Below are positions 16,232 through 27,797 of a stretch of 34,141 nt of DNA, piece by piece. Position 1 is the first letter of the stretch. Each line of letters opens with the position of its first letter. A program made the translations under genes and the position numbers. The notes beneath the pieces are model-generated. The model was not told the origin of the DNA, searched no databases, and was given only the letters and a program-made list of their open reading frames with translations. The stretch is from Candidatus Fermentibacterota bacterium (GTDB lineage Bacteria; JAFGKV01), in the NCBI GenBank assembly GCA_016928395.1, contig JAFGKV010000045.1, positions 1 through 34,141 on the forward strand, in the 5' to 3' direction.

Positions 16232-18008
16232 ACTTCTGGATACCGCCCGAATCGCCCACGCCATCCGCGGGGGCTTGGCGTCGTTCCGCGAGGAGGTACG
16301 GAACGAGGAAGTGGGCGAGGTGGTCCACGTCGAGGAAGGCATCGCCAGGATACGCGGCCTCCCGAATGTCATGACCGAAGAGATGCTGTTGTTTGAGGGC
16401 GGCGTGGTAGGCATGGCGTTCAACCTCGAACGCGACGAGGTGGGCGCTATCCTCCTGGGTGATGCCGGCTCGGTGGTGCAGGGCGCCTTGGTTAGACGTC
16501 TTGACCGAGTACTGTCTGTACCGGTAGGGCATGAATTGCTGGGTCGCGTGGTCAATGCTCTGGCCGAGCCTATCGATGGCCGGGGCCCCATCGCCGCCAC
16601 TGTCTATCGCGAGGTAGCTGGGCCGGCCCCACATGTTGCGGCGTCCCCGGCCGAAGAAGTGGACCGGGGGCGTTTGGACCCGTATATCCATCCCGATGGA
16701 CTCACGGTTCGAGCACTGGAAGCGCCGGCGCCGGGCGTCACACAACGCCAGCCGGTGAGTGAGCCGCTTCACACCGGCGTCACCTGTATCGATGCCCTAA
16801 TCCCCCTCGGCCGGGGGCAGCGGGAGTTGGTCATCGGTGACCGGCAAACAGGCAAGACCAGCGTGGCTATCGATGCCATACTGAGCCAGCGGGATAGTGG
16901 CGTGCTGTGCATCTATGTGGCGATCGGCCAGAGACTCTCCAGTGTCGTGTCCGTAGTGGAGACGCTCAAGAGCCACGGAGCAATGGATCATACCGTGGTA
17001 GTGTCGGCTACGGCTGCGGAACCCATCACGTTACAGTACATCGCGCCGTATACGGGCTGCGCCATCGGTGAGCATTTCCGCGATAGCGGCGGTCATGCTC
17101 TGGTCGTGTACGATGATCTCTCCAAACACGCCGTCGCCTACCGATCTATCTCACTCTTGCTCCGGCGCCCTCCCGGCCGTGAGGCGTTTCCTGGTGACAT
17201 TTTCAACATTCACTCACGCCTGCTGGAACGCTCCGCCAAGCTGCTGGAGAAGCATGTACTCGTTCCCCGTGCCCGGCCTGCCGCCGGCGTCTCCCAAGAC
17301 GATGCGGTTGATGGCAGCGTCTGGGAAGGCGAAGACGGGCGGACACGGGCAGTGGCGGCGCTCGAGGCCCATCCCCGGCAGGGTGAATTAGAGGTCGCCT
17401 TAGTGAGTGGAACCGGCGGCTCCTTAACGGCGCTGCCCATAGTGGAAACGCTGGAAGGCGACTATGCCGCCTACATACCCACGAATATCATCTCCATCAC
17501 CGACGGCCAGATCTACCTGGAGGCCGACCTGTTCAGATCGGGCATCAGGCCCGCGCTCAACGTCGGTTTGTCGGTATCCAGGGTTGGCGGCCACGCGCAG
17601 ACCAAGGCAATGAAGCAGGTGGCGGGGAAGACCCGGCTCGATCTGGCTCAGTATCGAGACCTGGCCGCTTTCGCCCAGATCTCGGCGGAAATCGATCCGG
17701 CCAGTCAGCGACAACTGACCCGTGGCGCCCGCCTCATCGAGATCTTGAAGCAACCCACCGGCACACCGCTGCCTCTGTGGAGGCAGGTTGTTGTCCTGTG
17801 GCTTGGGGTCAATGGCCACCTCGATTCGATACCGGTGGAACGCGTGCCTTCCGCCATGGCGACCTTGTTCAGCCTGATCGAAAGCAGATATCCGCACGTC
17901 CAGCGCTTTATCACGGAACACAAGGCCTTGGACGATGATATCCAGGCGGATCTTCATCGCTGCGCACGGGAGCTGGCCGCCGTCTTGGGTGTGGAGGTCT
18001 CATCCTGA
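16224..18008 (+). CDS. atpA: F1 subunit alpha, with two insertions
   Basis: GRGQRELVIGDRQTGKT, YDDLSKHA, RRPPGREAFPGD, GSLTALP, SITDGQI, SVSRVGG. Confidence 0.97.
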   Translation: MPELLDTARIAHAIRGGLASFREEVRNEEVGEVVHVEEGIARIRGLPNVMTEEMLLFEGGVVGMAFNLERDEVGAILLGDAGSVVQGALVRRLDRVLSVPVGHELLGRVVNALAEPIDGRGPIAATVYREVAGPAPHVAASPAEEVDRGRLDPYIHPDGLTVRALEAPAPGVTQRQPVSEPLHTGVTCIDALIPLGRGQRELVIGDRQTGKTSVAIDAILSQRDSGVLCIYVAIGQRLSSVVSVVETLKSHGAMDHTVVVSATAAEPITLQYIAPYTGCAIGEHFRDSGGHALVVYDDLSKHAVAYRSISLLLRRPPGREAFPGDIFNIHSRLLERSAKLLEKHVLVPRARPAAGVSQDDAVDGSVWEGEDGRTRAVAALEAHPRQGELEVALVSGTGGSLTALPIVETLEGDYAAYIPTNIISITDGQIYLEADLFRSGIRPALNVGLSVSRVGGHAQTKAMKQVAGKTRLDLAQYRDLAAFAQISAEIDPASQRQLTRGARLIEILKQPTGTPLPLWRQVVVLWLGVNGHLDSIPVERVPSAMATLFSLIESRYPHVQRFITEHKALDDDIQADLHRCARELAAVLGVEVSS

Positions 18009-20290
<2,282 letters not shown>

Positions 20291-20299
20291 AAGACCCTC

Positions 20300-20593
20300 A
20301 TGGAAACCACCCCCGACTACCGGCTTACAGTCGTGACACCGGATGGCACGGCATATGACGGTCATGTGCAGAGCATCGTTGCTCCGGGCAAGAGCGGACG
20401 GCTAGGGATCCTCGCCAAACACATGCCGCTGCTGTGCGTACTCAAGCCTGGGTCGCTTCTTTTCCACGAGAAGAGAGGGAGCTGGCTCCAGTTCGAGATC
20501 GGCGAAGGAATCCTTGAGGTGACTCCCGAAGGCGCCGCCATCATGGCTGACTTCGCCCGCAGGGCCCCCTTGCGCGTGGCGCCGCGGTTCTGA
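20300..20593 (+). CDS. atpC: F1 subunit epsilon, short form (beta-sandwich only)
   Basis: LTVVTPD, PGKSGRLGILAKHMP, GILEV; ends at 97 aa. Confidence 0.92.
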   Translation: METTPDYRLTVVTPDGTAYDGHVQSIVAPGKSGRLGILAKHMPLLCVLKPGSLLFHEKRGSWLQFEIGEGILEVTPEGAAIMADFARRAPLRVAPRF

Positions 20594-20717
20594 GGTTACC
20601 ACCGACGGCTGACCCGCTCGGCCTCGGGCGACACCGGAATGCGCGCGTTATCCTTGCGCGCGGCGTCCCGGATGCGCAGAATCGGGCGGTCTTCATGGCC
20701 CGTTCGCAGGAGGAGCA

Positions 20718-21692
20718 ATGATTCGTGATATCAAGGTGTTCGCCGGGAGGTCGAATCCAGACGCGGCTGCACGGCTCGCCAAGGAACTGGGAATCGAGTT
20801 GGGCAAGGTGTCCATCGCTGAGTTCTCCAACGGCGAGATCTACGTCTCCTACGAAGAAACCGTCCGCGATGCCGATGTGTTCGTGTTCCAGACCATGTGC
20901 CAGCCGATCAACACGAATTTCGTGGAGCTGTGCATCATGATCGATGCCCTGAAGCGAGCATCGGCGGGTCGAATCAATGTCATCATGCCGTACTACGGAT
21001 ACAGCCGTCAGGAGAAGAAGCACGCTCCTCGCGAGCCTATCTCCGCCCGCATGGTGGCAGACATCCTTCAGACTGTCGGCGCCGATCGGGTCATCAGTTT
21101 TGACCTTCACTCGCCCGCGATCCAGGGGTTCTTCTCCATCGTGTTGGATCACCTGACCGCATATCCCTTGCTGAGGGATTACCTCCGGGCCGAGTGCATC
21201 GAGGAGGGTGTGATAATTGCGGCGGATGCCGGCGGCGTGAAGCGGGCGGAACGCATGGCCATGGACTTGAGGCTTCCCCTTGGGGTGCAGTACAAGCGGC
21301 GCCCAGGGCACAATGAAACGGAACCCAGCACCTTCACCGGGGATGTGGCGGGCAAGACGCCCATCATCATCGAGGACATGATCGATACCGGCAAGAGCCT
21401 GCTCACGGCGGTGGAGACCCTGGTCAGCCTCGGTGCCCGCCCCGATATCCGCGTGCTCGCAACCCACGCGCTGTTTAGCGGGGATGCCCTGCAGCGGCTG
21501 CAGCACGTAGCAGTCAGGGAGATCATAGTCACCGACACCCTGCCCCTCCCCCCGCATCGACGCCTGCCGACCATGCATGTCTTGTCGGTCGCGCCCATGC
21601 TGGCAGCGATTGTCCGCAATATCCACCAGGGGGAATCCATCTCCCAGGTTATGGCCCATCCCAAGCCCGACTTCATCGTGGAGACGACGTAG
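20718..21692 (+). CDS. prs: Ribose-phosphate pyrophosphokinase
   Basis: FSNGEI, DALKRASA, PYYGYSRQEKK, REPISA, DLHS, DAGG, EDMIDTG, THALFSG. Confidence 0.94.
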   Translation: MIRDIKVFAGRSNPDAAARLAKELGIELGKVSIAEFSNGEIYVSYEETVRDADVFVFQTMCQPINTNFVELCIMIDALKRASAGRINVIMPYYGYSRQEKKHAPREPISARMVADILQTVGADRVISFDLHSPAIQGFFSIVLDHLTAYPLLRDYLRAECIEEGVIIAADAGGVKRAERMAMDLRLPLGVQYKRRPGHNETEPSTFTGDVAGKTPIIIEDMIDTGKSLLTAVETLVSLGARPDIRVLATHALFSGDALQRLQHVAVREIIVTDTLPLPPHRRLPTMHVLSVAPMLAAIVRNIHQGESISQVMAHPKPDFIVETT

Positions 21693-21721
21693 CCCGCCCT
21701 GCGGCTGGGGAGTAGGGGTAC

Positions 21722-21862
21722 GGAATGGTGGAATGGTGGAACGATGGATGATTGGATGGAATGGTGGAATGATGGGGCAAGGGCGAAGGGAGGGCGGCGT
21801 GTCCCTTCCCGCTCTGTAGCCGTCGATCCACTCGGCCCGATCATTCCATCAACATCATTCCA
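21722..21862. repeat. Octamer (GGAATGGT/GGAATGAT) tandem array with an inverted counterpart
   Basis: ggaatggtggaatggtggaacgatgg..ggaatggtggaatgatgg (21722-21774) and tcattccatc..catcattcca (21841-21862). Confidence 0.75.
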
Positions 21863-21877
21863 GGAGCCGCGTCCCCC

Positions 21878-21899
21878 GCTATTCTAATATTAGAATAGC
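21878..21899. other. Perfect 22-bp AT-rich palindrome
   Basis: GCTATTCTAAT|ATTAGAATAGC. Confidence 0.85.
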
Positions 21900-21996
21900 T
21901 CCTCCGGCACAACCTCCTTGGCACCCGGGCCGGGCCTCTCCGGCTGTACTGCGTCGATACGCGATCCGGTCGCTCGATTACTATGAGGATACGCAC

Positions 21997-22026
21997 AAAA
22001 AGGGAGAGGCGCAATGCGCCTCTCCC
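21997..22026 (-). terminator. Rho-independent terminator of the secreted-protein gene
   Basis: GGGAGAGGCGCA/TGCGCCTCTCCC stem followed by TTTTT on the minus strand, 21 nt after the stop at 22048. Confidence 0.88.
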
Positions 22027-22047
22027 GTCAAGAACAGGAAGCCTGGA

Positions 22048-22980
22048 CTACTTGAACTCCGCCTTGATGGCGCCCCACGTGCGCGCATCCGGCGGTGTCA
22101 GGCGGGCATTGACTGGCCCGTGCACCGTCTCTGTGCCGGAAAGATCAACATCCACCAACTGGTAGAAGTAGCGGATGCCAACCTGCACGTCGCGATCGGT
22201 GAACGAGTAGGACTGCGGCACATTCGTCGTACCGGCACCGGGGACCATGTCACCAATGGCACCGAAGGAGGCGTCGTCCTGCAGGGACCTCAGGATACGA
22301 TAGCCAAAGGTGTTGGTTTCACTGGCGGTCGCCCAGGTCAGCTCGATGGCATTGTCACCCGGCTGCGCCTGGAAGGACGTGAGCTCAACCGGAACTCCCT
22401 CCGAAGCCCAGGCACGGAAATACAACCCGAGGGGGATACCCGCATAGGGCTCCATCGCTTCCCACCCGCCGGCTGGCGTATACATGTACGTATTGCAGGA
22501 AGTGGGGTTGTCAAGATACGGCTGGTAGGTCATGGAGCCGTCATCCAGGTAGCCGATCCAGAAACTGCCGTTGACGATGATATTCTCTTCCGCGAGGGGC
22601 AGGTTGACCCACCAGTAGAAGCCGGGGTCGGGAACAGGCAGATTGTAGAGACCCTGGTAGAGAGGGGTTCCCGGCACACCGCCTGCATCGGCCCAGATGC
22701 AGAGATACGCAGTCTGCACGGGTTGAGGGGTGCTGGTGCTGTGCATAACCGTGAAAAAGAGCGTGTCGATTCGGGCGATCCCGCCGGCATTGAACTGGTT
22801 TGCCATGCCCTCACCGGCGTAGTCGGCATTCCAGAAATACTCCGAAGTGCCGTCATCACACTGGTAGAGACCCCTGCCCGGCTCATTGCCGACGGGCAGC
22901 ATCTCTCCGGTGACCACGGGCCCGGCAAAAGCAAGAGAAGAGAAAAGAAGAACAAGGGCGGCACTACATGCCGTACGCAT
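22048..22980 (-). CDS. Secreted protein with a PVELxxF Ig/FN3-like module and a C-terminal TWGxIK motif
   Basis: AAGGAGGT RBS before ATG 22980; signal peptide MRTACSAALVLLFSSLAFA; CDDGTSE domain; PVELTSFQA..LTWATASETNTFGYRILRS..YSFTD..YFYQLVDVDLSG; ends RTWGAIKAEFK. Confidence 0.85.
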   Translation of the reverse strand: MRTACSAALVLLFSSLAFAGPVVTGEMLPVGNEPGRGLYQCDDGTSEYFWNADYAGEGMANQFNAGGIARIDTLFFTVMHSTSTPQPVQTAYLCIWADAGGVPGTPLYQGLYNLPVPDPGFYWWVNLPLAEENIIVNGSFWIGYLDDGSMTYQPYLDNPTSCNTYMYTPAGGWEAMEPYAGIPLGLYFRAWASEGVPVELTSFQAQPGDNAIELTWATASETNTFGYRILRSLQDDASFGAIGDMVPGAGTTNVPQSYSFTDRDVQVGIRYFYQLVDVDLSGTETVHGPVNARLTPPDARTWGAIKAEFK

Positions 22981-23132
22981 ACCTGCAACCTCCTTGGGGC
23001 GATCCCGCTTTCTATCCCATGGCGCACTCACAGCGGCAATGGGAGCACGGCGCAGGCACACCTCCTTCCCTGAAAGGCCGAGCCCCTTGTAGGGTGATCT
23101 CTGGTCGCTGCGAGGCATTCACAACAATCACG

Positions 23133-23161
23133 AAGGTATGGTTCTGGCAGAGCTATGTCAA
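23133..23161 (-). promoter_or_regulatory. Putative sigma70 promoter for the secreted-protein gene
   Basis: Minus strand TTGACA-17 nt-TACCTT. Confidence 0.6.
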
Positions 23162-23170
23162 CTATGATAG

Positions 23171-24229
23171 TCAACGCTCGCGGTGTTCAGCGGGAGATTG
23201 CAGGCACACCAGATGCCCGTCCTCACACGCGATGACGATTCTCGTGCCCGCACTGGCGATTCCCACTGGGGGGCGAGCCAAAGCGGCAATGCGCACCGGA
23301 GATAGTCGAGTATCGAACACCCCTGACACGTGGCCATCAAAGGTTGCCCACGCCACGCCGTCATGCCACGGCGTCATGGGGCAGGAGAGTGGGCCCGAAA
23401 GCGGCACATCACCCAGAAACTCCCCGTGCCGCATGTCGATGAGCACGAGCCGTCGATTCCGCAATGCCGCCCAGATCCTTCCATCGTGCACGATCGGATC
23501 GAATTGAAGACCCGCAGTAAGTGTGCACTCCCACACCACGGAGCAATCTTCGTCAAGGAGTGCGAGTGTGCCCTCGGCGCCCACGAGGACCAGTCTGTCG
23601 CCGAACCCCGCGGCTTCGATGACTCCACCCCGGAATACCGTACCCAAGGCGATGAGTGAATCGCCGCGCAGGACCATGGTCTGACCATCGCGCCGCGAGA
23701 AGACCAGAACGGTGTCGTCGCCGGCGCAGGCCACCTGTACAGTGGCCCAGCCCTGGACGCTGGCCCGTGGGAAGGCCTTGGGCATCCACTGAGGTCCCGA
23801 CAGCAGGCCCACGGAGCCATGACCGAGGAGCACTGCAATGAGCGATCCGCGACAATCGGCGGCGAGAATCCGGCGGCCTGGTGTGTGCCGATACAGAAGC
23901 CTGATGGGATCAGACCCGAACACCGACACGGAACCCTTGAGATACCGCCGCAACGCCAACACCGAATCCCCACCCATGTCGTATAGTCGAACGCTCCCGC
24001 TGACCCTGTGGCGGAAACGGCGAGACCCATCCGTCAAGGAGTGGGCCTGCACCGCGCCCTTCTTGGCCACCCACACGGACGTTGAGGTGCCGACGGGAGG
24101 AACTGCAAGCCGCGATGCCACCCGCGTGACCCAGGCTGTATCCAGCGATGCAACCGCCCCTGGATCGCCCAGTGCATCCAGGGGAACCAGTACGGACATC
24201 ACCATAATCGAAAGAAGAGCCCTGCCCAT
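23171..24229 (-). CDS. Exported PQQ-like/beta-propeller repeat protein
   Basis: N-terminal signal-like segment; repeats such as EGTLALLD..VVWE, PIVHDGRIW, ATFDGHV, ACEDGHLVCL. Confidence 0.65.
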   Translation of the reverse strand: MGRALLSIMVMSVLVPLDALGDPGAVASLDTAWVTRVASRLAVPPVGTSTSVWVAKKGAVQAHSLTDGSRRFRHRVSGSVRLYDMGGDSVLALRRYLKGSVSVFGSDPIRLLYRHTPGRRILAADCRGSLIAVLLGHGSVGLLSGPQWMPKAFPRASVQGWATVQVACAGDDTVLVFSRRDGQTMVLRGDSLIALGTVFRGGVIEAAGFGDRLVLVGAEGTLALLDEDCSVVWECTLTAGLQFDPIVHDGRIWAALRNRRLVLIDMRHGEFLGDVPLSGPLSCPMTPWHDGVAWATFDGHVSGVFDTRLSPVRIAALARPPVGIASAGTRIVIACEDGHLVCLQSPAEHRER

Positions 24230-24399
24230 CTCGTCATCCTGCGCAGGAGCTGATCTCGAGGGGAGAAGTCATGCGGACCTCGCCGACCCTGCCTCGTCGG
24301 TGTACTCAGCCGCGGGTCATGATGGGCACGGTACGCGGCGAACATCCATGCCACGCCGCACAGTCATAGTCAGCCGATCCGAGGCATGATGCCGCGCTC

Positions 24400-26877
24400 T
24401 CAGCTTTCGGATGCGCGTGGCTGACCCTTCGTTTCTCGCGGCTCATCATGCACGGGACTCTGGAACTGTCGAAGACCCATGGCCAGCTCCCGCAACCGTC
24501 GCTCTGCCCTGCCATTGATGCTGTTCTTGGGGTAGTTCCCGCCGCGCCCCCGCCGGATGCCCGCGGGGATGCCAGTCAGAATCTCGACACCCTGATCCAC
24601 GTGGCTGACAGCCCAGATGTGAAACTCCCCCCGCTGCACCGCGTCGACGACCTCAGGCGACACATGCAGATCATCCACATTTCTCTGGGGAACCAAGACC
24701 CCCTGCGTTCCCGTGAGTCCCCGGTCATTGCATAGGCGGAAGAACCCCTCGACCTTCTCGTTGATCCCGCCGATGGGAAGCACATTGCCCTTCTGGTCAA
24801 CCGCGCCGGTCACTGCCACCTCCTGACGAAGCAAAGCGTCTGACAAGGCGGAAAGCAACGCATACACCTCGGCGGAGCTGGCGCTGTCACCGTCGACCTC
24901 GGAGTAGGATTGCTCGAAGCACAGCGTGGCCGAGAGGCAGAGCGGCCATCGCGTCGCGAACCTCCCCCGCATGAATCCTGTCAGGACGAGGACCCCTTTG
25001 GAATGGGTGCTCCCCGAGAGCGCCACTTCCCGCTCGATACTGACAATGCCCGCCTGCCCCATGCCGATGCTGGCGGTGATACGGGTCGGCTTGCCGAAGA
25101 CATGATCCCCCAACCCGTATACTGCAAGACCGTTGACCTGGCCCACGGCAAGACCCGCGGTGTCGATCCACTTGATGCCTTCCGTGATGAGATCCTGGAT
25201 CTTGTCATCAACAAGACTCACACGGCGCTTCCGGTGGAGGAGTGCCTCTCGGACGTCGCACCGTGACACCAGCGAGCCACCCCGCTGTCGAGCCACGTGG
25301 GCCGCCTCTCGCGCGACGTCTGCCAGAATGCTGAAACGCGTGGACAGCCGCGACTTTCTCCCGGCATTGCCTACGCCGAACTCCATCATGGCGGCCACGC
25401 CGGAAGCGTCAAAGTGGGGAAGGTGGGCCTCATCTACGATTTTGCGGACGAATGCCGGGTAGTGCCTGATTCCGTCAGGATCACGGGGCATCTCCGAATC
25501 GAACTCCGCCTTGATCTTGAAGATCTTCTTGAAATCGGTGTCCAAGGCGTACAGCATCTGGTACAGGCTCGGGTCGCCCACCATGATGACTTTCACGTCG
25601 CAGGGGATAGGCTCGGGCTTGAGAGCGATACTTCCCAGCATTCCATACAACGGTTCGTAGGTATGCACCTCAATCTTGCGGTTCCGGAGCGTTCGCTTGA
25701 GCACATTCCACACACTCGGTTCGGTGAGAACATCCAGCGCGTTCAGTATGAGATACCCTCCGCTGGAGCGTAGGAAGCTGCCCGCCTTGATCTTCGTAAA
25801 ATCGGTGCGCACTTGTCCCGATCGGTCAAAGGTCTTCTCGATGACGCCGAAGAGGTTTGTATAGGTCGGCGCGGTCTCGTACACCACCGGTGCTCCCCGG
25901 AGCGCGGCATTGTCCACGACGACATTCACCTCGTACTGGAGGAAGCGGTCCTCAGCGAGCGCATCCTTCTCCTTCTCGTCATCTTCTTTGGCGAACAACT
26001 CGAGACTGGAGAGGACGCTTGCCTCCACGTCATCAAGGTAGCCGCAGACCTCGACGCAGGGATAACGCTCCTTCAAGTCGGCGATATGCCCATTCACCAG
26101 CGGCTTAGCCAGCTCGTTGGCGATTCGTTCGAGCTCTATTTGAGTCTCACGTTCCAGAGCCCTGCTCTGCTTGAAGACACTCTCCAAGAGTGCGGAGAGC
26201 TGTCGGTGTTTCTCCTTGAGAGCCTGAGCCTTCTCTGCGCTCAATGCGCCCGATGCCACCATCTCGTCGAGTTGTGACACGGTCACCGGCTTCTCATCGA
26301 TGACCGCCACCAGCTCAGGCCTGGTGTAGGGGCCGACCTGCACCTGCGCCATGGCAAACGAGGCGGCAGTAACCTCCTTTTCCAAGGAGCTGTGAAGCGC
26401 CTGCTCCTGCGCCTTGACCCGGTCTACGACCGCGCGCCGCAAATCGCTGAACTGGTCGCTCTCCAGCAGCAGAGGAAGCTTGGTGCGAAGCGATCCCACA
26501 AGATTGCGCATGTCATCACGGAAACGCCGGCCGAGGCCCGCGTCGAATCGAAGAGCCCTCGGCATATAGGAATCCTGGAAGTTGTGGACATAGCACAGGT
26601 CGGACGGCGGTGGCTTGGCTGAGGCATACGCCTCCACTCGGGATCTGATGGCAGTGGTGCGCCCCGTACCCGGTTCGCCGGCCACAAAGGTATTGTACCC
26701 GTCCGCCTCGATCTCCAAGCCCAGACTGAGCGCCTCGATGGCGCGATCCTGAGCCAGAATCGTAGCGGGGGGGGAGACATCCTTGGTGCTGGCGAATCCG
26801 AAGGCGGCCTCATCACATCGCCATGCTACCTGGTCTGCCGTGAGCATGTACGGAGAATCGAGAGAATCGCGAGCCAT
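24400..26877 (-). CDS. Lon-like protease, LonC/AAA_32 type
   Basis: QDRAIEAL..GL, GEPGTGRTT, YVHNF, long coiled-coil insert, VGQVNGL, HSKGVLVL, FEQSYSEVDGDSAS (catalytic Ser), IGGINEKVEGF (catalytic Lys). Confidence 0.93.
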   Translation of the reverse strand: MARDSLDSPYMLTADQVAWRCDEAAFGFASTKDVSPPATILAQDRAIEALSLGLEIEADGYNTFVAGEPGTGRTTAIRSRVEAYASAKPPPSDLCYVHNFQDSYMPRALRFDAGLGRRFRDDMRNLVGSLRTKLPLLLESDQFSDLRRAVVDRVKAQEQALHSSLEKEVTAASFAMAQVQVGPYTRPELVAVIDEKPVTVSQLDEMVASGALSAEKAQALKEKHRQLSALLESVFKQSRALERETQIELERIANELAKPLVNGHIADLKERYPCVEVCGYLDDVEASVLSSLELFAKEDDEKEKDALAEDRFLQYEVNVVVDNAALRGAPVVYETAPTYTNLFGVIEKTFDRSGQVRTDFTKIKAGSFLRSSGGYLILNALDVLTEPSVWNVLKRTLRNRKIEVHTYEPLYGMLGSIALKPEPIPCDVKVIMVGDPSLYQMLYALDTDFKKIFKIKAEFDSEMPRDPDGIRHYPAFVRKIVDEAHLPHFDASGVAAMMEFGVGNAGRKSRLSTRFSILADVAREAAHVARQRGGSLVSRCDVREALLHRKRRVSLVDDKIQDLITEGIKWIDTAGLAVGQVNGLAVYGLGDHVFGKPTRITASIGMGQAGIVSIEREVALSGSTHSKGVLVLTGFMRGRFATRWPLCLSATLCFEQSYSEVDGDSASSAEVYALLSALSDALLRQEVAVTGAVDQKGNVLPIGGINEKVEGFFRLCNDRGLTGTQGVLVPQRNVDDLHVSPEVVDAVQRGEFHIWAVSHVDQGVEILTGIPAGIRRGRGGNYPKNSINGRAERRLRELAMGLRQFQSPVHDEPRETKGQPRASES

Positions 26878-26924
26878 TCAATCACGTCCCATGAAGAAGA
26901 TAGTGTCCGTGCGCTCTCTGGCAG

Positions 26925-27797
26925 CTACTGGATACCTCGCTGGCGAAGCAAGCCGGGGATCTCCGACGGAACCCGGGCAACGGGGACTCCGGCATCCTCC
27001 AGCGCCTGGGTCTTCTCGGCCGCAGTTCCCTTGCCTCCGGCGATGATAGCGCCTGCATGCCCCATCCGCTTGCCCGGCGGAGCCATCCGCCCGGCGATGA
27101 ATGCAACCACCGGCTTGGTCATCTCCCGTTTGATGAACTCGGCCGCCCGCTCCTCGTCATTGCCGCCGATTTCCCCAATCATCACCACCGCGAGGGTCTC
27201 TAGGTCTTTCTGGAAGAGCTCCAACGCATCCAGAAACGTAGTCCCGATTACCGGATCGCCGCCGATGCCCAATGCGCTGGATTGGCCTAAACCATCCTTG
27301 GAGAGACCCGCCACGACTTCATAGGTAAGGGTGCCGGATCGGCTCACCACGCCGACTGAGCCCGGTTGGTGAATGGAGCCTGGCATGATGCCGACCTTGC
27401 ATCTTCCCGGGCTGATAACGCCGGGACAATTGGGCCCGATAAGACGAATACCAAAGCGCTGCATGACCGCCTTGACCCTGACTACGTCCAGGGCGGGCAA
27501 GCCCTCGGTAATGCACACCACCAAGGGAATCCTCGCTTCAGCCGCCTCGAGCATGGCATCCGCCGCCAGCCCCGCAGGTACGTAGATCACCGAGCATGTG
27601 GGACACACGGCCGCTACCGCATCGGCCACGGTGTCAAACACGGGCACTCCTTCGACCTCCGTGCCCCCCTTGCCCGGGGTTACGCCGGCCACGACGTTGG
27701 TGCCATATTCCTTCATCTTTCGCGTGTGAAAGCTCCCATCCCTGCCGGTTATACCCTGTACCAGAACGCGGGTGCTCGTGTCCACGAGAATGCTCAT
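26925..27797 (-). CDS. sucD: Succinyl-CoA ligase alpha subunit
   Basis: [47 protein letters not shown]. Confidence 0.97.
   Translation of the reverse strand: MSILVDTSTRVLVQGITGRDGSFHTRKMKEYGTNVVAGVTPGKGGTEVEGVPVFDTVADAVAAVCPTCSVIYVPAGLAADAMLEAAEARIPLVVCITEGLPALDVVRVKAVMQRFGIRLIGPNCPGVISPGRCKVGIMPGSIHQPGSVGVVSRSGTLTYEVVAGLSKDGLGQSSALGIGGDPVIGTTFLDALELFQKDLETLAVVMIGEIGGNDEERAAEFIKREMTKPVVAFIAGRMAPPGKRMGHAGAIIAGGKGTAAEKTQALEDAGVPVARVPSEIPGLLRQRGIQ

Noticed and set aside
16596-17412. Inteins in AtpA
   Set aside because: The inserts are far shorter than minimal inteins and lack the N-terminal Cys/Ser and C-terminal His-Asn splice motifs.
22981-23118. N-terminal extensions given by the ORF track (also 7021, 7833, 9298, 13967, 15557, 28999, 29937, 32362, 34099)
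   Set aside because: Better starts lie downstream with an RBS or translational coupling, and family homology begins there.
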